DNA of 9,117 nucleotides from a virus (Duplodnaviria; Heunggongvirae; Uroviricota; Caudoviricetes): IMG/VR virus record IMGVR_UViG_2563366928_000004, positions 1 to 9,117 of that record; one strand, 5' to 3'. Shown piece by piece: positions 1 to 5,460 of this stretch (position 1 is its first letter; each line of letters starts with the position of its first letter). The notes under the pieces were generated by a model. It saw only the letters and a program-made list of their open reading frames with translations, ran no database searches and was not told where the DNA came from. The position numbers and the translations under genes were made by a program.

Positions 1-513
1 TGCTCTGATATATTCATCGAGTAAATCCGGTAATTTATCCCCCGCCCGCGCACACTGATTTGCGCCCTTTGCAATAAGGGTTTTCAGATGGTCAATATGA
101 CGTGGCGTTAAATCAGGAAACTGTCGCTGCATGGATAACGGAATGGAATCAAGCGTACTGGACAATGCCATCGCCAGTTTGCTGAGGGCGAAAACGCAGA
201 AGTCTGAATCGATGAGCTTACCTTCGGTTACCTGATTTTTAAGTTTTTGAGCTACAGCCTGTTCTTCTGTCAGTTCAGCTCTGGCCCGAAGCAGTCTTTC
301 CTCCAGATCGCCCCCGTCATCAGGTGTTCTCTGATTGTATTGTCGCCGCTCGCGATCTATCTCCAGTACAGTTTTAACGTCATAAAAAACCTCCCTCCCC
401 CGACGCTCAACAGGAGGAACGCCCCATTTATCAAATGCCTGAACAGAGATACCAATGGAGGAGGCCATATCACTTTTATTCAATAAAAAGGCCATCTCCT
501 CTCCATAAGTCAT
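1..513 (-). CDS. nu1: Phage terminase small subunit (lambda Nu1 family). ATG at 513-511; the frame runs open to position 1 (171 codons, no stop), so the last few C-terminal codons lie beyond the window edge.
   Basis: Minus-strand translation gives MTYGEEMAFLLNKSDMASSIGISVQAFDKWGVPPVERRGREVFYDVKTVLEIDRERR...LSMQRQFPDLTPRHIDHLKTLIAKG..., which matches from memory the lambda Nu1 winged-HTH N-terminus and the downstream LPLSVQRRFPELENRHVDFLK block. It sits immediately downstream of a lambda-like cos site. Absent from the ORF track only because it has no in-window stop. Confidence 0.85.
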   Translation of the reverse strand, partial: MTYGEEMAFLLNKSDMASSIGISVQAFDKWGVPPVERRGREVFYDVKTVLEIDRERRQYNQRTPDDGGDLEERLLRARAELTEEQAVAQKLKNQVTEGKLIDSDFCVFALSKLAMALSSTLDSIPLSMQRQFPDLTPRHIDHLKTLIAKGANQCARAGDKLPDLLDEYIRA

Positions 514-711
514 CGATAAAAAGCGATACAACAACCATGTGTTTTTACAAAACCATTTGATATCATTGAATTTTTTCACATTAATGACATCAAAATACAT
601 CGTAAGGTTGTTGTATTTATTTTATTTTCACCTTACTTATCAAGTAGATATACCAAACAATTAAACAACAACCACCCCCTCAAAAAATCTCATAAATAGC
701 GAAAACGCGCG
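514..711 (-). promoter_or_regulatory. cosB-like terminase-binding region between cosN and the nu1 start; AT-rich, with three copies of an ACAACAACC core in direct-inverted-direct arrangement
   Basis: Copies at 526-536 (atacaacaacc, direct), 606-616 (ggttgttgtat, inverted) and 665-673 (acaacaacc, direct). Position and alternating orientation resemble the R1/R2/R3 arrangement of lambda cosB as I recall it. The AT-rich spacer 540-600 contains an IHF-like tatcattgaattt. Confidence 0.5.
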
Positions 712-723
712 AGGTCGCCGCCC
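712..723 (-). other. cosN: 12-nt cohesive-end sequence of lambda type
   Basis: The minus strand reads ...GGTTACG GGGCGGCGACCT CGCGCGTTTTCGCTATTTATGA..., essentially the lambda cos junction as I remember it (one mismatch in the following block), and it lies directly upstream of the Nu1 homolog. Confidence 0.8.
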
Positions 724-871
724 CGTAACCTGTTGGATCGACGGAAAGGACCCGAAAACGAGAATAATTATCACTTACAGCAAGAATCGAATCTGATCTA
801 TTATGGTGCTTGCTATTATGTGCCGGCACAAGTGCGTCGTTTACCGTCATTTCACACAGAGGCATCATCAA

Positions 872-1123
872 ATGAAAATCAGAAATATTCTCGCTATCTC
901 CCTTGCAACATCATCCTTCAGTTGCCTGGCATTTAAATCCTCGCCCAATGTGCTACCAGGACCAACGAATCAACTAACTGCGGTAGAAAGTAAAATTATC
1001 GGACATTTTTATGCCCCACACAGTGCATTACCCGGAACAACCATCACAGGGACATGTGACGCCTCCCCCGTCCCGGGATGCACCTGTCCGTTTTGTACTA
1101 TGCTGCGTAGCCAAAACCGATAA
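872..1123 (+). CDS. Hypothetical small secreted protein, 83 aa, Cys-rich C-terminus (TGTCDASPVPGCTCPFC)
   Basis: In-frame ATG at 872 preceded by GAGG about 9 nt upstream. The N-terminus MKIRNILAISLATSSFSCLA looks like a Sec signal peptide. It is oriented opposite to the late operon, in the position where lambda carries bor. No family recognised. Confidence 0.4.
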   Translation: MKIRNILAISLATSSFSCLAFKSSPNVLPGPTNQLTAVESKIIGHFYAPHSALPGTTITGTCDASPVPGCTCPFCTMLRSQNR

Positions 1124-1184
1124 CATCCGCATTTACCTGGTATTACATGATGAGTTCACGCAGCGACTGATAGAGGAAGGAAAG

Positions 1185-1364
1185 ATGGTTAGTAAAAGCA
1201 AGGCGCATTGCCGCCGCATGCTGCAGGCATTGCAACAGACGAGAGCAGGTATTTTTGACCAGTTGGAAAACTGCCAGCATACTTTGCCCGAGTATATCGC
1301 CATCTCATCGGAAACCAGTGCAACTCTTATTCATCGGGTTCCACCAGAGAAAAAGAAGAAATGA
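1185..1364 (+). CDS. Hypothetical small protein, 59 aa (MVSKSKAHCRRMLQALQQTRAGIFDQLENCQHTLPEYIAISSETSATLIHRVPPEKKKK)
   Basis: ATG at 1185 with a strong Shine-Dalgarno (GAGGAAGGAAAG) just upstream; followed by the hairpin at 1371-1395. The longer version from 1011 has no comparable RBS and overlaps the previous ORF. Confidence 0.45.
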   Translation: MVSKSKAHCRRMLQALQQTRAGIFDQLENCQHTLPEYIAISSETSATLIHRVPPEKKKK

Positions 1365-1370
1365 ACAGTG

Positions 1371-1395
1371 AGGCGTTGTGTGGCATACAACGCCT
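1371..1395. terminator. Stem-loop (9-bp stem aggcgttgt / acaacgcct, 7-nt loop) with T-rich flanks on both strands; possible bidirectional terminator
   Basis: Perfect inverted repeat seen directly. It lies 6 bp after the stop of the 1185-1364 ORF and about 90 bp downstream of the convergent lipoprotein gene. Confidence 0.45.
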
Positions 1396-1486
1396 TCTTC
1401 CATCATTCCTCGTCAGCCATGACAAAAATATAACCGCTGGCTCTTTCATTTTTCTCCTGCGTCCAGCCCCTCTCTACCTGGAAGCA

Positions 1487-1813
1487 TCAAGGACGTGACG
1501 GCGTAAAGATAAATTGTCTCTTCACTCCCTGACAGGGGCGATTCTTTTCAAATCGCCATTTCGCCATGGCCTTCACCACTTCATCACGAAACAAATTATG
1601 AGGCTCTGAGCGGAGAAAAACGATCCGTGTCACAGTCCCATCAGCACCAATATCGAACTTAACCTCAACCAGCCCCTTGATATAATTTGCTGCAGCATAT
1701 TCCGGATATCGTGGATACACCGTCACTAATTGCCGGGGCTCATCAGCTTTTTGCTGCGAGCATCCCACTGCCAGGACAGATAACAGAAAAAGTAGTAAAA
1801 GGCGTCTTTTCAT
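1487..1813 (-). CDS. Lipoprotein carrying a TonB C-terminal-like domain, 108 aa
   Basis: Start at MKRRLLLLFLLSVLAVGCSQQ: signal peptide with lipobox LAVGC and Ser at +2. RBS AGGAATAAAA before the ATG at 1813. The mature part (YPRYPEYAAANYIKGLVEVKFDIGADGTVTRIVFL...FRDEVVKAMAKWRFE) follows the TonB_C pattern (P.YP...G.V.V.F.V..DG.V.......S.....F..EV..AM..WR.E). Confidence 0.75.
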   Translation of the reverse strand: MKRRLLLLFLLSVLAVGCSQQKADEPRQLVTVYPRYPEYAAANYIKGLVEVKFDIGADGTVTRIVFLRSEPHNLFRDEVVKAMAKWRFEKNRPCQGVKRQFIFTPSRP

Positions 1814-2123
1814 TTTTATTCCTACGGGTCTTATTCTGACAATATATCCTGTGTTCCAGACTGCCACATCACCACATCCTGTGCCATTATCTGACTCACA
1901 TTACATACATCGCATCGGGATACAGTAGTAGCACTTTCTGTAATACAGCTTCCTGTTTCTTCCACCATCGCACCGGGATAAACCCGCGAATCATTAACGC
2001 GGTAAAAACCCGGTGTGCATCGTTTTTAATTATCCCCGCACACTCGCGCAGAGGAGTCTCCCTGTCGGGCTGCGGTCTCTGTTAATGAGGGAATATAGCG
2101 ACGATACGGCGCATCAACAAAAC

Positions 2124-2597
2124 TTATTTCAGGCACTGAGTGCGGATATAGTCCTGTGCCCCTTCCAGTTGCTTGTGCATCGTCATCAGCCGCTCTCTGA
2201 GGGTGAAATAATCCCGTGTAACGGTGTCTGCCAGTTGGGGGCCGGTTGCATTATCCACGCCGGAGGTGGTGGGGGCTTCACGCACGGAGCCTGGACAGGT
2301 GGCGTTGATCCGCAGGCGCTTACGACCAGCGGCAACGTCAGCGCGAAGAGTTTCATTTTCAGCTCTCGCATCGGCTAATTCCCTCAAGTATTTTGCATCG
2401 AGCGCAGCAACATCGCGCTGGCGCACCTGCATATCAGTAATGGTTGCGTTCGCCAGCTTCAGTTCACTGGCTTTGTTATCGCGCTGCGCTTTGTAGGTAA
2501 TCGCGTTATCACGGTAATGGTCTGTTGCCATCCACAGCGCACCACAGGCCACCAGCAGAATAACGATAAACGCGGAAAGCATTCGGTTTATGTTCAC
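2124..2597 (-). CDS. Rz: Rz, inner-membrane spanin (i-spanin)
   Basis: 157-aa product with an N-terminal TM helix, then [44 protein letters not shown]...[23 protein letters not shown], close to lambda Rz from memory. The GTG start overlaps the upstream TGA as GTGA. Confidence 0.9.
   Translation of the reverse strand: MNINRMLSAFIVILLVACGALWMATDHYRDNAITYKAQRDNKASELKLANATITDMQVRQRDVAALDAKYLRELADARAENETLRADVAAGRKRLRINATCPGSVREAPTTSGVDNATGPQLADTVTRDYFTLRERLMTMHKQLEGAQDYIRTQCLK
2186..2371 (-). CDS. Rz1: Rz1, outer-membrane lipoprotein spanin (o-spanin), embedded in the +1 frame of Rz
   Basis: [61 protein letters not shown]: lipobox VSAC and the proline-rich [11 protein letters not shown] motif characteristic of lambda Rz1; wholly inside Rz in another frame. 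Confidence 0.85.
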   Translation of the reverse strand: MRELKMKLFALTLPLVVSACGSTPPVQAPCVKPPPPPAWIMQPAPNWQTPLHGIISPSESG

Positions 2598-2725
2598 CCC
2601 AGCAACCCCGACGAAGACAACATCATCCAGGCCATGGAAAGAAAAAGAGCAACCAGCATTAGTGAAAATGAAATGCCGACAATTACACAGAGGATCTTCG
2701 CCAGCGTTATGAGTTTGTCTGACAT
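2594..2725 (-). CDS. Hypothetical 43-aa single-pass membrane protein ([43 protein letters not shown])
   Basis: ATG at 2725 preceded by a strong SD (AAGGGAGGATTAAGC). Its TGA stop overlaps the Rz GTG start (GTGA), suggesting translational coupling. One predicted TM helix. Confidence 0.5.
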   Translation of the reverse strand: MSDKLITLAKILCVIVGISFSLMLVALFLSMAWMMLSSSGLLG

Positions 2726-2739
2726 GCTTAATCCTCCCT

Positions 2740-2922
2740 TCACGATTTCAACGCAATGACCAGTTTTGCCAGCCCATACAGCATCGGGGACACAGCAACA
2801 CCGACCGCCACCCACTTAATGGCAAAAGCCAGTGCTCTGCTGATGTCATCAGTTACAGGCGCTTTCAGTTCAAGGCCATTTTTCATAGTCAACCTCAACA
2901 GAATTCGTTTACACTTCGCCAT
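2740..2922 (-). CDS. Hypothetical 60-aa membrane protein with a basic N-terminus and C-terminal TM helix ([60 protein letters not shown])
   Basis: ATG at 2922 preceded by SD AAGGGAGAAC. A second in-frame ATG at 2886 also has a GAGG upstream. The ORF-track start at 2955 is a GTG with no obvious RBS. Confidence 0.5.
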   Translation of the reverse strand: MAKCKRILLRLTMKNGLELKAPVTDDISRALAFAIKWVAVGVAVSPMLYGLAKLVIALKS

Positions 2923-3078
2923 GTTCTCCCTTGCCTTACTCAAGGTCAGAAACACAAAACCTCGCTTGGTGCCAACAAACGGGGTTTTTACTTTTATTCA
3001 CTTACGTTTCGCCAGTTCGCAGGATTTCGTATTATCCGCCCGCGTGGCCATTCCTCATTTTTCAGCAAAATATTCTGC

Positions 3079-3612
3079 TTATCTGTCGATACCCCAGCAC
3101 GCCAGCGCGCTCTCCTGGTCACAACGGGATACCTGACCGTAACAGTTGTTTGAACGAATACGGCAGTCTCTGCCACCGTCCTTAATCCACCAGCGAATCG
3201 CTTCGCAGGCACCTTTTCGATCACCAGCATTAATTCGTCTGTAAAACGTCGACGGGAAACACTTACCGGGACCAATGTTGTACGGACAGAATGACGCGAT
3301 CCCCGCTTTCTGGGGTTCGGTCAGCGGCACTCTGATGTTTTTCTCCACCCACGCCAGCGCTTTATCACGCTCAATGGCGTTAACCTGGTCGCATTTTTCC
3401 TTCGACAACTTCATGCCCGGAACGACAGGTTTGCCATCCACCATGATGGCACCACGGCAGATGGTCCAGATACCTGCACCATCACGGTATGCTGTGGTGT
3501 GGTTGCCTTCCTTTTCATCCAGAAACTGGTCGAGAATGTCAGGCGCAGGCGCACCAGCGGCAATCAGCGCCAGAACGGCAGCCGACAGGCCGTATTTGAT
3601 TTTGGTGTTCAT
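3079..3612 (-). CDS. R: SAR (signal-anchor-release) endolysin, T4-lysozyme-like muramidase (GH24)
   Basis: 177 aa. The N-terminal weakly hydrophobic Gly/Ala-rich stretch GLSAAVLALIAAGAPAP is typical of SAR domains. It is followed by the catalytic E-x8-D-x5-T arrangement (EGNHTTAYRDGAGIWTICRG), as in phage 21 R. Confidence 0.9.
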   Translation of the reverse strand: MNTKIKYGLSAAVLALIAAGAPAPDILDQFLDEKEGNHTTAYRDGAGIWTICRGAIMVDGKPVVPGMKLSKEKCDQVNAIERDKALAWVEKNIRVPLTEPQKAGIASFCPYNIGPGKCFPSTFYRRINAGDRKGACEAIRWWIKDGGRDCRIRSNNCYGQVSRCDQESALACWGIDR

Positions 3613-3648
3613 GGATATATTAAATATTCAGCCGCTGTCCCTGGCCCA

Positions 3649-4539
3649 CTAAATACGCACTTTAAGATAAGTCAGCCCCGGATGAAGCCAGTAAGCCGGC
3701 ACTTTTTTAAAGGGTGGAGTATTAAAATCACGAAGAAGAGCCTCCCGCACAATTGCATCCTTATCAGCACCACTGGCCAGCGCTTCAATCTCAGCGGCTA
3801 CCTGAAGATATCCCATGCAACGGCCAACGCGCTTCATCAGCCCCTGCTTTTTATTGTTCTTCAGGTAATCAATGGCAAATTCAATGAGCTCCTCACTGTG
3901 CTGGTGCGATGGAGGTGTTACTTTCCCATTTTCTGAGATGGTTATTTTCCCAGCATCACCGGATACAACAAAGGATGGCCGGTTACACTCCCATTCCAGC
4001 TCACTGAAATTATCATTATGAATACTGAAACACTCTGCGAGATTTCTGCTCATCACTTTCCGACAATAATCGTCAAACGCAGCAAACTGCTTTTCATCGT
4101 CAGAAGGCACCAATATCGACCATTTCTTATTCAGCTCAACGACGTAGCTCTCCAGTTTTTCAATACGTGATTCAACATCATCTTTTTCTGACCGCAGTGT
4201 TGACGGCGGCATCTTCAGAGAACAAGTAATTCTTCCCGGTAGCTTTCCTTTGTAGGTTATCAACACATCCTGCGCCTCTAAAATTACGGGGCGCTTTTCC
4301 GGCAACGGTTCGTTCCATTCACATAACCCGGCAGCAACATCCATGAAAAACTGCTTCGCCTGCTTTTTCGCCTCAGCTTCGTAAAACTCCAGCGTGGCAC
4401 CTTCAGTACGGTCAAGACTAATCGCCACATCTGGCAACAACAGTGACGGATACCCACCAACTTCCAGTGCCACAGTAACAGTAATCTTATCCGGGTAATT
4501 ATTTATCCCTTTAACAACCAGTTCGTATTTTTTCTTCAT
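3649..4539 (-). CDS. Hypothetical 296-aa protein inserted between pinholin and endolysin; no signal peptide, no TM segment, no motif I recognise
   Basis: Long uninterrupted ORF. ATG at 4539 lies 4 nt after the pinholin stop, with a GGGGAGAG SD inside the pinholin 3' end. It ends 36 bp before the endolysin start, so it is co-oriented and tightly packed in the lysis operon. Confidence 0.8.
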   Translation of the reverse strand: MKKKYELVVKGINNYPDKITVTVALEVGGYPSLLLPDVAISLDRTEGATLEFYEAEAKKQAKQFFMDVAAGLCEWNEPLPEKRPVILEAQDVLITYKGKLPGRITCSLKMPPSTLRSEKDDVESRIEKLESYVVELNKKWSILVPSDDEKQFAAFDDYCRKVMSRNLAECFSIHNDNFSELEWECNRPSFVVSGDAGKITISENGKVTPPSHQHSEELIEFAIDYLKNNKKQGLMKRVGRCMGYLQVAAEIEALASGADKDAIVREALLRDFNTPPFKKVPAYWLHPGLTYLKVRI

Positions 4540-4543
4540 CGCT

Positions 4544-4759
4544 TTACTCTCCCCGCGCCGCCTTACGACGGTCCTCTCTGATTTTGAAATACAGGTTAGT
4601 CAGATATGTCAGCAGCCCAAACAGCAGACTCCCCAGCACGCCTATTGCCGCCCACTGAGACGGGGAAACCCTGTCCAGCAACTGCAGGAACCAGTAGCCC
4701 GTTCCCACCGCTGACGTGGTGTATGACACACCTGTTGTGATTTTTTCCATCTGGTACAT
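4544..4759 (-). CDS. S: Class II pinholin / antiholin with dual start (S21-like): 71-aa form from ATG 4759, 68-aa form from ATG 4750
   Basis: [71 protein letters not shown]: two TM helices and a basic C-terminus. Closely resembles the phage 21 S2171/S2168 pair as I recall it, including the dual Met start three codons apart. Confidence 0.9.
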   Translation of the reverse strand: MYQMEKITTGVSYTTSAVGTGYWFLQLLDRVSPSQWAAIGVLGSLLFGLLTYLTNLYFKIREDRRKAARGE

Positions 4760-4834
4760 ACCCCGTCTCCCGTTATCCGGAAGCTCACAACAACAAGTGG
4801 GGCATCAGCTCACACCGACACCCCCTGCGCATGG

Positions 4835-5104
4835 TTACATCATCATTTCGCCGTCAGGCTGAGGCTCTTCACTACCGTCAGGCTGAGACCCGACGCCATC
4901 TGAAACAGTACTGTCATCCGAAATGCCTTCCGGCTCCGGAACCGCTGGTACGCCCAGCAGCTCATCCAGAATGGCATCCACTTCTGCATCAAGACGCGAC
5001 TCAAGGTTCTGGCGGAGTTTCTGTTTCAGTGCACTCCGGACTTCTTCAGAGCGCAGGACTTCCTTCACTGCCTCAGCAGTGACCAGGGATGTGATTTCTG
5101 ACAT
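4835..5104 (-). CDS. Hypothetical 89-aa protein with a strongly acidic C-terminal tail (…DDSTVSDGVGSQPDGSEEPQPDGEMMM)
   Basis: ATG at 5104, weak RBS. N-terminal half predicted helical (MSEITSLVTAEAVKEVLRSEEVRSALKQKLRQNLESRLDAEVDAILDELLG). The longer 147-aa track ORF begins with a non-ATG start far upstream and overlaps the next ORF. Confidence 0.45.
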   Translation of the reverse strand: MSEITSLVTAEAVKEVLRSEEVRSALKQKLRQNLESRLDAEVDAILDELLGVPAVPEPEGISDDSTVSDGVGSQPDGSEEPQPDGEMMM

Positions 5105-5141
5105 GGGATTTTCTCGTTGAAAGGTGTTGTCAAGAAAGTGA

Positions 5142-5324
5142 CTACGGAATGAGCGGATCTTCGGGTTTGCTTCCGGCTGACTGACTGGCGCTGATTCTCT
5201 CAGCGGCCCTTTTATCAATCTGCCTGCGCCAGAAATCGCGCACTGCCCTGTACCCACCCGAAAGAAGATACATAACACAGACTGCCGTACAGAAGTACAG
5301 CATCACCTGATGAATAAATGTCAT
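5142..5324 (-). CDS. Hypothetical 60-aa membrane protein (MTFIHQVMLYFCTAVCVMYLLSGG... then basic tail)
   Basis: ATG at 5324; one hydrophobic helix followed by a positively charged region; weak SD. Could be a spurious ORF. Confidence 0.3.
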   Translation of the reverse strand: MTFIHQVMLYFCTAVCVMYLLSGGYRAVRDFWRRQIDKRAAERISASQSAGSKPEDPLIP

Positions 5325-5342
5325 AATTTCTTACCGTTATGG

Positions 5343-5371
5343 TTGACAATGAGAACTGTTTTCATTTAAAA
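5343..5371 (+). promoter_or_regulatory. Possible sigma70 promoter: perfect -35 TTGACA (5343-5348) with a weak -10 (tttaaa/ttaaaa at 16-17 bp)
   Basis: Seen directly; the -10 is poor, so confidence is low. Confidence 0.2.
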
Positions 5372-5421
5372 AACCGATATACGAAAGCATCTTTTCTTTA
5401 CATTCTCCATTGGGATTACCT

Positions 5422-5459
5422 CCGCCAGCTTCCATTCCTGCCGCTGGCGGCCTTTTTTT
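5422..5459 (+). terminator. Plus-strand intrinsic terminator: 8-bp stem ccgccagc/gctggcgg, 13-nt loop, then a T7 run
   Basis: Hairpin plus TTTTTTT at 5453-5459 in plus-strand polarity, directly abutting the nanS-p stop (5461) on the opposite strand. Confidence 0.45.
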
Positions 5460-5460
5460 A

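Noticed and set aside
247-486. 79-aa plus-strand ORF (TTG start)
   Set aside because: Entirely antisense to the well-supported Nu1 terminase gene; non-ATG start; no RBS.
680-936. ORFs 680-871 (minus) and 733-936 (plus) across the cos site
   Set aside because: They overlap cosN/cosQ DNA and each other, with no RBS; the region is better explained by the cos site and the 872-1123 ORF.
1011-1364. Longer 117-aa version of the 1185-1364 ORF
   Set aside because: The upstream start lacks an RBS and overlaps the preceding ORF; the internal ATG at 1185 has a strong SD.
2013-2496. Plus-strand ORFs 2013-2378 and 2224-2496
   Set aside because: Antisense to Rz/Rz1, which have clear homology; low-complexity Ala/Ser/Arg-rich translations typical of antisense frames.
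2756-3275. ORFs 2756-3136 (+), 2931-3185 (+) and 2994-3275 (-)
   Set aside because: They overlap the endolysin or the small membrane ORFs in other frames or antisense; no RBS; Ser/Ala/Arg-rich compositions.
3275-3936. Plus-strand ORFs 3275-3652 and 3499-3936
   Set aside because: Antisense to the SAR endolysin and the 296-aa ORF.
4831-5278. Plus-strand ORFs 4831-5082 and 4923-5120, and the long 147-aa form of the minus ORF (start 5278)
   Set aside because: The plus ORFs are antisense to the acidic-protein gene. The long form uses a non-ATG start and overlaps the 5142-5324 ORF; the ATG at 5104 is the better start.
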